Of a stretch of 64,000 nucleotides of DNA, positions 19,084 to 29,225 are shown piece after piece. Numbering within the stretch: the stretch's first letter is position 1; every line of letters starts with the position of its first letter. The notes under the pieces were generated by a model that ran no database searches, was not told the origin of the DNA, and saw only the letters and a program-made list of their open reading frames with translations. The stretch comes from Escherichia phage teqsoen. The stretch lies in sequence record MN895436.1; one strand, 5' to 3'. Both the position numbers and the translations under genes were made by a program.

Positions 19084-20099
19084 TGTGTTGCCTCTACATA
19101 TAACTGATTTGCATATTGAATAAGTGCTTCACGGTCAGAATCAGTGATGTCTGGAATTGCATTAATGTATTCTTCCATCAACGTCTGAAGAGATTGAACT
19201 TCAACTTCTTCACTGTCATCTGACTCGACAGAGTTATCAATCTTTGACACAACTCGTAATGAATGCACAACTTTTTCTAGTTCAGATTCGAACTTCGTCA
19301 GATTTTTGTCTACTTCAGTTACTATAACACGTACTGATAGATTTGTAAAATCTTTATAGTCAATTTTTCCTTTAAATGGATAATGAATTCTACGATGCCA
19401 GGTAGTATTGTTTGGAATAAATTCCATTCGTTCTGTTTCTGTATCAAACATCCAGAACCCACGAGGGTCATTCTCGTCACCTGCAGTTAGTGTCCATGGT
19501 GTCCCAATATATCTGACGTTAGCAGCCTCAGAGATAGTATGGAAGTGACCAGACCACACTTCCTTATAAGTCTTAAGGAAATCAGGTTCAAGACCGTGAG
19601 ATTTCATTCCTTTATAAAAATAAAATCCGTTCAGTTCCCAGTGACCAACGCAAAAAGAAGCAGATGAAGTTTTGATGTGTTCAAGAATTTCACCAGTATT
19701 TTCTTCACACATCCAAGGAATTAAATCAATTAAACATCCGTCAAAATCTACTGTAGTAGGCTTATCATATACTTTAACATTAGGATATTTAGCCAAAAGC
19801 TCAGTAGAGGCATTTGGAGTTAAAGTATTTTTAAAGTGCATATCATGGTTTCCTACAACAGTATGTAGGGTAATACCAGCATCATCAAGCATTTGAACTA
19901 TTTCACGAGCAAACTCCATAGTTTTATGCGTGATTGCTTTTCGCACATCAAAAATATCGCCGTATTGAATCCAGGTAGTAATTCCATTTTTCTTAGAATA
20001 TTCTATTGCTTGTTTAATTCCATCCAACTGAATGGATTGAACCCACTCATCATCGGCTTTAACACCTAAATGCCAATCACCTAAATTTAAAATTTTCAT
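19080..20099 (-). CDS. 47: recombination nuclease subunit (gene 47, Mre11/SbcD-like)
   Basis: 339 aa; metallophosphatase motifs DWHLG, GNHD. Confidence 0.94.
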   Translation of the reverse strand: MKILNLGDWHLGVKADDEWVQSIQLDGIKQAIEYSKKNGITTWIQYGDIFDVRKAITHKTMEFAREIVQMLDDAGITLHTVVGNHDMHFKNTLTPNASTELLAKYPNVKVYDKPTTVDFDGCLIDLIPWMCEENTGEILEHIKTSSASFCVGHWELNGFYFYKGMKSHGLEPDFLKTYKEVWSGHFHTISEAANVRYIGTPWTLTAGDENDPRGFWMFDTETERMEFIPNNTTWHRRIHYPFKGKIDYKDFTNLSVRVIVTEVDKNLTKFESELEKVVHSLRVVSKIDNSVESDDSEEVEVQSLQTLMEEYINAIPDITDSDREALIQYANQLYVEATQ

Positions 20100-20236
20100 A
20101 TATCAAGAACCGTCATTGAAATGCAAAATAAAATTATTGAAATAAACCCATCTGGTGTGCTAAAGAACCCAATCCAACATGCTCTAGTGAATAGATAAAA
20201 TGCAAGAAAAAGTATCACATATCCAAGAAATATCAT
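20096..20236 (-). CDS. small hydrophobic protein (46 aa)
   Basis: MIFLGYVILFLAFYLF...; stop overlaps gene 47 ATG (ATGA); below track cutoff. Confidence 0.4.
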   Translation of the reverse strand: MIFLGYVILFLAFYLFTRACWIGFFSTPDGFISIILFCISMTVLDI

Positions 20237-20262
20237 TATATCAAACTCCGTATAAAGCTAAA

Positions 20263-20274
20263 GGGCCGAAGCCC
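20263..20274. terminator. GC hairpin (GGGC-CGAA-GCCC)
   Basis: perfect hairpin with T-runs on both sides, after a-gt. Confidence 0.5.
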
Positions 20275-20275
20275 T

Positions 20276-21478
20276 TTATTTTGTAATAATGTCAAACTGT
20301 TCTTTAAAGCAGAAGCTTGAATCTTGATGCTGATACAAAAATTCATAAGCTTTTTCGCGTTCGCGGTCATAAAGAGCTCGGTCAGATGACAGTTCTTTAA
20401 TACGTTCAAATGTTGATTCCATATCATTTTCATCAAACCAAATGATACCGCTATCATGCGAGGTCAAAGGAGTATTATCAACACGGAATTTTAAATTTTC
20501 GCCAGTAGATTTCCAAAATACCGGAATTGTTCCACATGCACCAAGCTCGAGATGAGTATATTCTAAAGAGCGCTGTAGATATTTTTTATCCAACTTACTC
20601 AACTGATAACCAAATCCGGATTTACTCATACGTTCAAGCATTTCGCTATTTACATAACGATCGAGAATTTGCGTTGGTAAATTAGGAGCAATTTTAATTT
20701 GGTCTACTTGATGAAGACGATAATACTCGTATGGAATTCCTTTTTCTTTAATAGGAATGAACGCTGGAGAACGTTCCAGACCTTCCATAATAGTACTTAG
20801 TCCTGCAGGTTTAAGATGTTTTTCGTGAAAATCAAACATCTGATAAAAACCTTTCCATGTAGTCGTACGACCAATCCAACGGTTGACATTCATGTTAATT
20901 TCAGAAACATCTTTCCAGTAGGTTGACCGAACCTTCGCAATATCCATAGGAGGCTGAAAGTTATATACGGTCGGCGCTTCTTCAATATCATCAAACAGAG
21001 AAACAGTTTCTGGATACCATTCTTTCATCAGAACTTTATTAAAATCACCATTATCAGAATGGCTAAAAATAACATCAGCTCGACGAACAGTTTCTTCTAA
21101 TCCCAAATTTCGACGCAAAGAAAGAGAAGAATGGTCATGTTGATAAACTACAACACGAACCGAAGGTTTAATGTTATCAATAATTTTTTTATAGTTATTA
21201 ATAGTGTCTTCTTCAACTGAAGTAGCAGGAACTGAATTGATAATTAGAATATCACAATCATTTACCAGCTTAAGTGTTTTATCGTATTCTTTTGCCAATA
21301 AAATCGGAATTGAAAATGATTTATAATCATGCGCACAGTTACGAGTAAATGATTTATCTTTGGCATAAACCAAAGTTACTTCATGACCATTTTTAATAAA
21401 CCAATCACGTTGCTCAAGAGAAAATTTAGTTACACCGCAACCTTCAAGACCTCGAGCCATAAAAATACATACTTTCAT
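20276..21478 (-). CDS. agt: DNA alpha-glucosyltransferase
   Basis: 400 aa; matches T4 a-gt as I recall it (..CIFMARGLEGCGVTKFSLEQRDW..). Confidence 0.88.
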   Translation of the reverse strand: MKVCIFMARGLEGCGVTKFSLEQRDWFIKNGHEVTLVYAKDKSFTRNCAHDYKSFSIPILLAKEYDKTLKLVNDCDILIINSVPATSVEEDTINNYKKIIDNIKPSVRVVVYQHDHSSLSLRRNLGLEETVRRADVIFSHSDNGDFNKVLMKEWYPETVSLFDDIEEAPTVYNFQPPMDIAKVRSTYWKDVSEINMNVNRWIGRTTTWKGFYQMFDFHEKHLKPAGLSTIMEGLERSPAFIPIKEKGIPYEYYRLHQVDQIKIAPNLPTQILDRYVNSEMLERMSKSGFGYQLSKLDKKYLQRSLEYTHLELGACGTIPVFWKSTGENLKFRVDNTPLTSHDSGIIWFDENDMESTFERIKELSSDRALYDREREKAYEFLYQHQDSSFCFKEQFDIITK

Positions 21479-21530
21479 TTAATATCCTCTTTGTTTTGGT
21501 TTATTTTACCAAAAATTTATAAAGCAATAT

Positions 21531-21546
21531 AGGAGCCGAAGCTCCT
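21531..21546 (-). terminator. GC hairpin
   Basis: AGGAGC-CGAA-GCTCCT. Confidence 0.4.
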
Positions 21547-21721
21547 ATCCGCATAATACGCCATACAAAGGCTCATTAGAACTTCTAAATTTTATGCGCT
21601 TATATGTTATAGTTCCTTCTGCTTTAGCTTTATCATAAGACTCTTTAAAGCGTCTCATCATTTCCTCTTTAGAGGAACGAATTTTATTATAATCTATTTC
21701 AGAAGTCTGGATGTTCATCTT

Positions 21722-21928
21722 TCACAGTTGCCACCATTTTTTAACTTGATAAGAATCAACCCACACTTTCATATTAGGGTCTGCTCTTACAATAGGAGGA
21801 TTAACTTCTTTAATTGAACTATCATGGTATTCTTTTTCAGAAATTTTCACACAAAGATGACCATTCAAAGATTCAGTAAATCCTGCATTAATTTTAAGAC
21901 GCTTGAATTTTACGTGTGTAAGCATCAA
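21722..21928 (-). CDS. hypothetical protein
   Basis: 68-aa ORF. Confidence 0.5.
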   Translation of the reverse strand: MMLTHVKFKRLKINAGFTESLNGHLCVKISEKEYHDSSIKEVNPPIVRADPNMKVWVDSYQVKKWWQL

Positions 21929-22211
21929 TCATATCCTCAATTTGCGATCTAGTAGTCTTCCAAAGAATACTGATGAGTTCATCGTTATATGGCTGTTTTA
22001 GAATATCCCGACTTTTCTTGATAGCATATTCGTATTGAGCAAAATTATTGTTTTCAGCTGCAATCTGAGCGTGCTTATAAAGACGGTTCAATTCGCGTTT
22101 GTTTTTAGACAATAACTTATTTGCTTTTCTTTCTGCTTCAAGACGGTTCTTTTCTTCAATAGAAGAAATAAGCTTTTCCACTTCATCATTAATTTCGGGT
22201 TTATCAGTCAT
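21894..22211 (-). CDS. hypothetical protein
   Basis: 105-aa helical ORF. Confidence 0.55.
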   Translation of the reverse strand: MTDKPEINDEVEKLISSIEEKNRLEAERKANKLLSKNKRELNRLYKHAQIAAENNNFAQYEYAIKKSRDILKQPYNDELISILWKTTRSQIEDMIDAYTRKIQAS

Positions 22212-22212
22212 A

Positions 22213-22431
22213 TTATTTCTCTAATATAAAATAAAAATCATCATCTGTTAAATGATATCGATAGTTTAATTCTACACCATTAGATTTAAAAGCGGTATCA
22301 TACGGATTTTCTGGATCAATATCAATGTCAAGAGCTAAAACTTCCCTGAGATACATTTTAAGTAAATAGGGAATAGCTTCAACTTCAGGTATTTCTTCCA
22401 AGAATCCGGAGAGGTTAATCGTTAGCCTCAT
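22213..22431 (-). CDS. hypothetical protein
   Basis: 72-aa ORF, overlaps gene 55 stop. Confidence 0.55.
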
Positions 22432-22972
22432 ATAAAAAATCCAAACTAGGAGAATCGTCTACAACACTTTTCTTTTCAGCCCCCGGTGTTCTATAGGTTG
22501 ATTCTTCGTAATGCGTCATTTTATCATAGATGTCTTGAATAAAAGTTTCATCTACTAACGCAACCATATCGTCGTCACGGCTGTCATAGACATTGTGAAC
22601 GAAGTAACTATATTTCTTTGCAACTTCCTTACGTTCTTTTTTAATACGCTGGACGAATGCATTAAAACAAGCTTGAGTTATATATGCATGTGGGTTTTTA
22701 TATTTCGTTTCATCAAAATTGTGAAGCCCCTTAATAGAAGCTTCTATACCATCTGCAATCATTTCTTGTTTCCAAGACTGGGTGTATCCTGAAAAGTTGA
22801 AACGTTTAGATAAGCCTTCTGCAATAAGCATAATGGCTAATCCGATAGTATCATTCTGACGAACTACTTTATTTGGGTCTTTATTATTTGCTAATTCTGT
22901 TTTCCAATCAATAATAGCTTGTAAAAGCTCTTTATTGTTTACGTAATTATATTTAGGCTTAGTTTCTGACAT
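22415..22972 (-). CDS. 55: late sigma factor gp55
   Basis: 185 aa from [24 protein letters not shown]. Confidence 0.9.
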
Positions 22973-23050
22973 TTTCACCTCTTAGCTCAATTCATAGATC
23001 TATTATATCATAATATTTGAAGATCTATCTTAAAGCATAGAGGATATCAG

Positions 23051-23320
23051 TTATCTAAGTAAACAGTATGCTTGAAACACTTTCTCCATCATCTTTTTAA
23101 ATTCATGAATATCTATATAATGACTAGTTAGATCAGCATGATATAAAAAGTCTAAAAACTTTTCATGTGTACTAACATATTCACTTTCATTTAATTCAGA
23201 AACATGGCTTTCCCAATATCCAACACCAGTCTTATTTGGGAAAAATGAAATTTTCATGTATTGGTCAACATAGAAAATGCCATAATTTTCAATAGTAATA
23301 GAAATATTAATAAATTTCAT
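23051..23320 (-). CDS. hypothetical protein
   Basis: 89-aa ORF. Confidence 0.5.
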   Translation of the reverse strand: MKFINISITIENYGIFYVDQYMKISFFPNKTGVGYWESHVSELNESEYVSTHEKFLDFLYHADLTSHYIDIHEFKKMMEKVFQAYCLLR

Positions 23321-23532
23321 ACATTCATCAACTTAGCCGCTTCAAGAGCTGCATCTAGTGAATCAAATTGGTCAACGTATTCAATCAATTCGCCGTAATT
23401 GGCATATAACCACCATTGGCTAAATTCATACTCAAGGATGAATCCGTTTCCTTCAATTTGAGTTAAACCAATGCCATTTGTATTTACTTCATATCCAGCA
23501 AGACGCAAATCGTTAATAAGAGCTTCGTTCAT
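23317..23532 (-). CDS. hypothetical protein
   Basis: 71-aa acidic ORF. Confidence 0.5.
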   Translation of the reverse strand: MNEALINDLRLAGYEVNTNGIGLTQIEGNGFILEYEFSQWWLYANYGELIEYVDQFDSLDAALEAAKLMNV

Positions 23533-23534
23533 AA

Positions 23535-23861
23535 TTATACCTTAGTAATTTTCAGGTCTGCAAATTTTTTCTTGCGTTGATTTTTCATGCGACGAATAGT
23601 TTTATCAGAAATTTCATGCTTTTGATAAGCTTTAGATTCTACACCAAAAGCTTTAACATCAAATTCTGACAAGATATATTGAACCAACAATTCACGGACA
23701 GTATTACGTCCAATCTTCTGATCATTCTGTTTCATCGTCTGATGAAGCTCTTTTTCCCATTTATCCAAAATTTGAGGAGTTACAATATCGCCTTTTTCTA
23801 GCAAAGAAACTACTTTATCATATGCGTAAGAATTAATGACGTTTTTAATTTGAATAGTCAT
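23535..23861 (-). CDS. hypothetical protein
   Basis: 108-aa ORF. Confidence 0.55.
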   Translation of the reverse strand: MTIQIKNVINSYAYDKVVSLLEKGDIVTPQILDKWEKELHQTMKQNDQKIGRNTVRELLVQYILSEFDVKAFGVESKAYQKHEISDKTIRRMKNQRKKKFADLKITKV

Positions 23862-23894
23862 ACATTATCCTCAATTACGTTAAAATTTTATTAT

Positions 23895-23916
23895 CCAAAA
23901 AAGGGCCGAAGCCCTT
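23895..23916 (-). terminator. hairpin terminator
   Basis: AAGGGC-CGAA-GCCCTT followed by 6-T run on minus strand. Confidence 0.7.
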
Positions 23917-24115
23917 AGCTAAACTTTTTGGCACCCTTCCAGCCTTCATACATCATTGCGGCTGATATTAATATTGCTCCTGAGCAACTTGAATATTTGT
24001 GATTCCAAAACCAGTTTAGAAAAACTTCATCATCAATACCTTGGGCTATCATATTTTCAAAGAACTGACGACGAGATTCGGCAATTCGTTGTGATAATTT
24101 AGATTCAGGATTCAT
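23915..24115 (-). CDS. hypothetical protein
   Basis: 66-aa ORF. Confidence 0.5.
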   Translation of the reverse strand: MNPESKLSQRIAESRRQFFENMIAQGIDDEVFLNWFWNHKYSSCSGAILISAAMMYEGWKGAKKFS

Positions 24116-24331
24116 TTAAATTTTCCAGTTACCATTTTCATCAATAAATTTAATCCAGTCATTTACTGACCACTTAGTTGTATCACCTTTTGGAGTAACA
24201 TTTAAAGTATATAGCCCTTGCTTAAAAAGCATTCGTTTGATATTCATAATTTCCTCAGCTGTAACGATAACACTCGTTTGATTTACGTTTAGCAACTCGT
24301 TGAGAAGTATTATAATCAAAATCATCGTCAA
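24116..24331 (-). CDS. hypothetical protein
   Basis: 71-aa ORF with TTG start in track; overlaps next ORF, start uncertain. Confidence 0.4.
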   Translation of the reverse strand: MTMILIIILLNELLNVNQTSVIVTAEEIMNIKRMLFKQGLYTLNVTPKGDTTKWSVNDWIKFIDENGNWKI

Positions 24332-24587
24332 TGTAAACTGATTTTTTCAACTTTCTTACTTCACCACGTAATTGGCGATTTAGCTCATCTTTAACTTCTG
24401 AATCAATACCTTTCATTCTACGCCATTTATCTGAGCGAAAAATGTTTTCAACCATATCTTTATGACTTACACCATCAGGAGCTTTACGCTTTCCGAAATA
24501 GTCATAATCACGTACTTTTAAATCTTTACGACGATACGTTTTACCCATGGAGTTTAATTTCCTTAGCAACTGAACTAAATGCAGCAC
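24255..24587 (-). CDS. hypothetical basic protein
   Basis: 110-aa Lys/Arg-rich ORF, GTG start. Confidence 0.5.
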   Translation of the reverse strand: MLHLVQLLRKLNSMGKTYRRKDLKVRDYDYFGKRKAPDGVSHKDMVENIFRSDKWRRMKGIDSEVKDELNRQLRGEVRKLKKSVYIDDDFDYNTSQRVAKRKSNECYRYS

Positions 24588-24723
24588 GATCGCAAATCAT
24601 GCGTTTATGTAACTTGAGTATAATATAGCAAACTTCAAAACTATTTACATGAGTAACACGAACAGCATTATCATTAATGAGATAATACTGTCCCTTTTTA
24701 ATTTCTTTATCAACCATAACCAT
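24541..24723 (-). CDS. hypothetical protein
   Basis: 60-aa ORF downstream of promoter at 24754-24783. Confidence 0.45.
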   Translation of the reverse strand: MVMVDKEIKKGQYYLINDNAVRVTHVNSFEVCYIILKLHKRMICDRAAFSSVAKEIKLHG

Positions 24724-24753
24724 ATCAATTCCTCAAAGGTAATTCATATGTTA

Positions 24754-24783
24754 ATAATACCACGGTTTGAACTTGTTGTAAAC
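24754..24783 (-). promoter_or_regulatory. early promoter
   Basis: GTTTAC, 18 nt, TGgTATTAT on minus strand. Confidence 0.7.
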
Positions 24784-24864
24784 AACTTTGTGAAAAATAT
24801 TTTAGGGAATGACAAGAAGGGAACGATAGCTTAGAATGGTAATATACAGAATGCGAGAAAGAAA

Positions 24865-24877
24865 GGCCCAGAGGGCC
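24865..24877 (-). terminator. hairpin terminator downstream of nrdH
   Basis: GGCCC-AGA-GGGCC followed by T-rich run on minus strand. Confidence 0.6.
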
Positions 24878-24881
24878 CGTC

Positions 24882-25190
24882 TTAATCTTCTATGATATCT
24901 CTATCATATCCAAGTGAAATGAGAGTTTCTTTGAAGTGTTTAATGTTCTTTTGTCTAGAATCATTAATGAAAATGACCGGATAACGAATGTTAAGAGATG
25001 TGAATCCAGCGCGTTTAGCAAGAGATACAATCAGTGGACGATCATACTCAATCTTACCATTATTTGTAAGAACTTTATAGAAAGTAAAAGGAGCATTGAG
25101 CTCCTTTAGAAGTTTTGTAACTGATTGACATCCAGGACAACGACCTACTTCATCTGGAATTCCATAGACTTCAATCTTATTTTGTTTCAC
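24882..25190 (-). CDS. nrdH: glutaredoxin-like NrdH
   Basis: 102 aa with CPGC redox motif; position next to nrdG. Confidence 0.8.
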   Translation of the reverse strand: MKQNKIEVYGIPDEVGRCPGCQSVTKLLKELNAPFTFYKVLTNNGKIEYDRPLIVSLAKRAGFTSLNIRYPVIFINDSRQKNIKHFKETLISLGYDRDIIED

Positions 25191-25192
25191 AA

Positions 25193-25405
25193 CTATTCCT
25201 TACTAAGAGCAGCATTCAGCTTGTTAGTAATTTTATCCAGACGCTTATTGAACTCACTAGAAGATAAGCCTTTTTCTGGAGAAATTAAGCTAATCACGAA
25301 AAATATAGCAATAAAAGGAATAAGAAAAATAGCACCAACTGCCATAAACAAAAAGAACGTTACAGTTGTAAGAAAATCAGCTAAACCTTTACGAAATTTA
25401 TACAT
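25193..25405 (-). CDS. small membrane protein
   Basis: 70 aa with one long hydrophobic segment. Confidence 0.5.
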   Translation of the reverse strand: MYKFRKGLADFLTTVTFFLFMAVGAIFLIPFIAIFFVISLISPEKGLSSSEFNKRLDKITNKLNAALSKE

Positions 25406-25520
25406 ATTTTACCCTTAATTGATTAACCAAGCATTGATAAGCACTAAACTATATTGCGAATAAAATTCTGGACCAAAATGAAAAATCATATCATTTATAG
25501 TATCCATAATGTAATTCAAT

Positions 25521-25991
25521 TTAATCATGTGTCCACACCCCATCGGTATTTGACCAAAGTCGCTGATTATCTGATCCTCGCCACAGCTTTTTGGTCGGAA
25601 GATTTTTCTCATACTTCCCATCAATAATAACATCAACATATTTAAGCATTTCTAGTTGTTTAATATCTTCAAACTTATATCCTGTCCACAACCAAATGCT
25701 TTTATTGGGATAAAGATTTTTAATAGTTTGAACCACAGAGTGAATCACGTCTCTGTTATCAGGATAGAGAGGGTCACCTCCGGTTATAGTCAATCCTTCT
25801 ATATAATCATTATTCAAACATTCAATTAATTGCTCTAGTGTCTCTCCAGTGAATGGAATACCATTTCTAGCATTCCATGTTGATTTATTATAACACCCTT
25901 CGCATTTATGCAAACAACCTGTAACGAAAAGAACGACCCTGCAACCAGGGCCATTCACAAAATCGCAAGGATAAAATCTATCATAATTCAT
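25521..25991 (-). CDS. nrdG: anaerobic ribonucleotide reductase activase NrdG
   Basis: 156 aa; radical-SAM-type cysteine cluster CLHKCEGC. Confidence 0.92.
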   Translation of the reverse strand: MNYDRFYPCDFVNGPGCRVVLFVTGCLHKCEGCYNKSTWNARNGIPFTGETLEQLIECLNNDYIEGLTITGGDPLYPDNRDVIHSVVQTIKNLYPNKSIWLWTGYKFEDIKQLEMLKYVDVIIDGKYEKNLPTKKLWRGSDNQRLWSNTDGVWTHD

Positions 25992-27805
25992 TGGTGTTTA
26001 ACCCTATGCATGATTTCTTTATTTTTACCGAGATTAAATCCGCGCTCGTTCGGATTTCCCAAATAACCACATGTTCTTCTTATGGTATTCATCTTTTTAG
26101 GATCAGTTTCTCCACAAATAGAACAAACAAATCCGTTTTCAGTAGGAGTCATTTCATGGGTACTTCCGCATGTAAAACACTTATCTACTGGCATGTTAAC
26201 ACCAAAATAATCTAAATGTTGTGCAGCATAATCCCACACGGCCTCAAGACCTTTTAAGTTATTTTTCATATCAGGAAGTTCAACATAAGAAATGTGACCA
26301 CCTGTCGCAATGAAATGATATGGCGCTTCACGAGAAATCTTTTCAAACGGAGTAACATTTTCTTCTACTGAAACGTGGAAACTGTTAGTGTACCAGCCTT
26401 TATCAGTAACATCCTTTACACTTCCATATTTTTCTGTATCAAGTTTACAGAAGCGATAACAAAGGTTTTCAGCAGGAGTAGAATACAAGCTAAAAGCAAA
26501 TCCGGTTCTTTCAGTCCACTGTTTAAGACGAGCATTCATTTTAGTTAAAATTTCTTGCCCAATATCACGACCGACAAGAATATTCAATTCGTGAATACCA
26601 ATGTATCCTAAAGACACTGAACTTCTACCGTTTTTAAATAACTCAATTATGTCGTCATCAGGTTTAAGACGAACCCCGAATGCACCTTCTTGGTAAAGAA
26701 TAGGAGCAACAGTCGCTTTAACTCCTTTTAAGGAACTAATTCTACACATCAATGCTTCAAAACATAAATCCATTCGTTCATTGAACAATTCAACAAATTT
26801 CTGTTCATTGAATTGTGTTCCAATATAAGAATCTAACGCGATACGAGGAAGATTCAGTGTTACAACACCGAGATTATTACGTCCATCAAGAATTTCATTA
26901 CCAGTCGAATCTTTCCATACGCTCAAGAAACTACGGCAACCCATTGGAGAAACAGGAATAGATGAGCCAGTGATAGCTTTATTGTTCTTAGCTGAAATAA
27001 TATCAGGATACATTCTTTTGCTTGCGCACTCTAGAGCAAGCTGTTTAATATCATAGTTCGGATCGTCTTTATAAAGATTAACACCTTCTTCAACAAACAT
27101 AACAAGCTTAGGGAAAATAGGAGTTATCCCATCACGACCAAGACCTTTAATACGATTTTTCAGAATTGCTTTCTGAATCATTCGTTCAGTCCAGTCAGTT
27201 CCTGTACCAAATGTAATTGTTACAAAAGGTGTTTGTCCGTTTGAACTAAAGAGAGTATTTACTTCATATTCATAAGCTTGGAATGCATCGTATACGTCTT
27301 TTTCTGTTTTAGACTGGGCATAATTCAACGCATCAGCGATTTGCCATTTTTCTGCATCCTCAATATGTTTTGCATAGGTGCGTTTAACATAAGGAGAAAG
27401 TACTTTATCTACATTAGCAAAAGTCGTTCCGCCGTATTGATGGGAAGCAACCTGTGCAGTAATTTGTGCCATAATTGCAGTAGCAACACCGATTGATTTA
27501 GGAGTTTCAATCTGTGCATTACCAAGCTTAAATCCATTCTCAAGCATTCCTTTTAAATCTACTAAACAACAATTAGTAAATGGAAGAGCAGGGGAATAAT
27601 CAATATCGTGAAAATGGATAATTCCGCTTTCATGCGCTTTCATAATAAAAGACGGGACCATATTTTTGGCAATGTGTTTAGACACAATACCAGCCATAAG
27701 GTCCCGTTGAGTTGGAAAAACACGAGAATCTTTATTAGCATTCTCGTTTAAAAGGTCTTTATTAGTTTTATGAATCAATCCTTCAATTTCTTTTTCAATT
27801 GTCAT
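25988..27805 (-). CDS. nrdD: anaerobic ribonucleotide reductase NrdD
   Basis: 605 aa uninterrupted; C-terminal glycyl-radical motif RRTCGYLG and Zn-ribbon cysteines. Confidence 0.95.
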   Translation of the reverse strand: MTIEKEIEGLIHKTNKDLLNENANKDSRVFPTQRDLMAGIVSKHIAKNMVPSFIMKAHESGIIHFHDIDYSPALPFTNCCLVDLKGMLENGFKLGNAQIETPKSIGVATAIMAQITAQVASHQYGGTTFANVDKVLSPYVKRTYAKHIEDAEKWQIADALNYAQSKTEKDVYDAFQAYEYEVNTLFSSNGQTPFVTITFGTGTDWTERMIQKAILKNRIKGLGRDGITPIFPKLVMFVEEGVNLYKDDPNYDIKQLALECASKRMYPDIISAKNNKAITGSSIPVSPMGCRSFLSVWKDSTGNEILDGRNNLGVVTLNLPRIALDSYIGTQFNEQKFVELFNERMDLCFEALMCRISSLKGVKATVAPILYQEGAFGVRLKPDDDIIELFKNGRSSVSLGYIGIHELNILVGRDIGQEILTKMNARLKQWTERTGFAFSLYSTPAENLCYRFCKLDTEKYGSVKDVTDKGWYTNSFHVSVEENVTPFEKISREAPYHFIATGGHISYVELPDMKNNLKGLEAVWDYAAQHLDYFGVNMPVDKCFTCGSTHEMTPTENGFVCSICGETDPKKMNTIRRTCGYLGNPNERGFNLGKNKEIMHRVKHQ

Positions 27806-28275
27806 TTTAAACTCTTTCTAAGCTGCTTCTTAAATGAAGCTATTAATTGTGTTTTAGTGTCAGATTCATTATATTCAAATCCTCTTTGAAGCATCTCAGC
27901 CATCATTTCCTCTTTTCCTAAACGAGAAAATTCCTTTGATTTATCTCCAACGAAGTTAGGGTGAATATTATTTTGGGTGTAATCGGATTTTAAATAAGTA
28001 AGTAAATTTTCTAACCATTCAAGATAATCAACACCTTGTCCCTTTAAGCCAGAACGATTAAATTTATGCTTCATTTGACCTTCTGCGGCATTGCAGAGAT
28101 TACAAAGCAATCCACGCACCTTTCCTGCTTTTGGTCCATTTAATTCATGGTCATGGTCGAGGTGATTAGCTTGAACGTCAGGATTTAGTTCTCGTTGGCA
28201 AATTAAGCATTTACCGTTTTGTGCATTATAAAATTTTTGTTTTTCTTCTTTGTATAATTTGCCAGTCAATAACAT
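27802..28275 (-). CDS. 49: endonuclease VII (gene 49), Holliday junction resolvase
   Basis: 157 aa; matches T4 endo VII as I recall it (MLLTGKLYKEEKQKFYNAQNGKCLIC...). Confidence 0.9.
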   Translation of the reverse strand: MLLTGKLYKEEKQKFYNAQNGKCLICQRELNPDVQANHLDHDHELNGPKAGKVRGLLCNLCNAAEGQMKHKFNRSGLKGQGVDYLEWLENLLTYLKSDYTQNNIHPNFVGDKSKEFSRLGKEEMMAEMLQRGFEYNESDTKTQLIASFKKQLRKSLK

Positions 28276-28324
28276 AATAAAATCCTTACCTTAAATAGAT
28301 AAGGGTATTTATTATTTTCAAGTA

Positions 28325-28789
28325 TTAAAATGCTCGGTCAGAAAAAGAAATTTGAGTTTCAAGCCATTCAATATATTCTGCCGCAGCTTGCATCAAATTT
28401 CCTTCGTAATCATCAATATCTTTTTTCAACGCCGATTTAGCTAATGCGTATGAAATACGTTCACCTTGAAAACCGGCTTTAGGCTTCTGAACAACTTGAT
28501 TAGTTCGCTCTACAACTTCTTCAATTTCGCCATTTTCTACTGATTCAGTATTCCACAAGCACCAATACGTAATTGGCTTATCGTAGATGTTAATAATCTT
28601 TCCATCAGAAAGTTCAATTTCAATAATTCCAGTATCAGGCTCTATATCATCTTCACATTCTTTTGCAAGTTCACGAACTTTAAAGACAGTACCTGCACTA
28701 AGTTCCGGCCAGTAATTACACAGCCCTGTATCAGCACGATTAATTCTAAACCACTTATCTACTGTAATCATGTCCCATCTCCATATCAA
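28325..28789 (-). CDS. hypothetical protein (pin position)
   Basis: 154-aa ORF; position only. Confidence 0.5.
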   Translation of the reverse strand: MIWRWDMITVDKWFRINRADTGLCNYWPELSAGTVFKVRELAKECEDDIEPDTGIIEIELSDGKIINIYDKPITYWCLWNTESVENGEIEEVVERTNQVVQKPKAGFQGERISYALAKSALKKDIDDYEGNLMQAAAEYIEWLETQISFSDRAF

Positions 28790-28894
28790 TTAAGTCATTT
28801 ATCGTTGGTTCATTATACACCGTTTCTTCATCAGTGTAAACCGGTTCTTCCGGCTCTGGCTCTACAGTTTCCCATCTAGCCGCCCACCAAGGTT

Positions 28895-29215
28895 TTATAG
28901 CGTAATCCATTCTCGTACTATCTGAGTTACTACACGTTCACGGGGCTCGACTAGTTCAACAGTCGGAACTGCATAATACCAGTCAGAATGATAAGAACCT
29001 GACCGAGATTCATTTACCGCTACATGTACATTATGTTTTGGACTAAAGTAAACACACTGACGATATTGGCATTTACCATCTTGCACCCAGTCTTCTATTT
29101 CGATAGGTTTAAGATAGTCGGAAAAATCGAAATCATAGTTTTCTGAAAATGCATCATGGTCTTCAATGATTTCACTCAGAACTGCATCAACATCTAATTT
29201 ATTTTCAATAGTCAT
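28895..29215 (-). CDS. hypothetical protein
   Basis: 106-aa acidic ORF. Confidence 0.5.
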   Translation of the reverse strand: MTIENKLDVDAVLSEIIEDHDAFSENYDFDFSDYLKPIEIEDWVQDGKCQYRQCVYFSPKHNVHVAVNESRSGSYHSDWYYAVPTVELVEPRERVVTQIVREWITL

Positions 29216-29225
29216 TTTTCACCAA

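Noticed and set aside
21544-21718. Possible small ORF between the 21531 hairpin and 21722
   Set aside because: The frame from the first ATG stops after 24 codons; an alternative 38-aa frame exists but is too short and unsupported to call.
25415-25639. 74-aa minus-strand ORF overlapping the 3' end of nrdG
   Set aside because: Overlaps nrdG by 119 nt, and the only start codons clear of nrdG leave a peptide of about 30 aa; no RBS.
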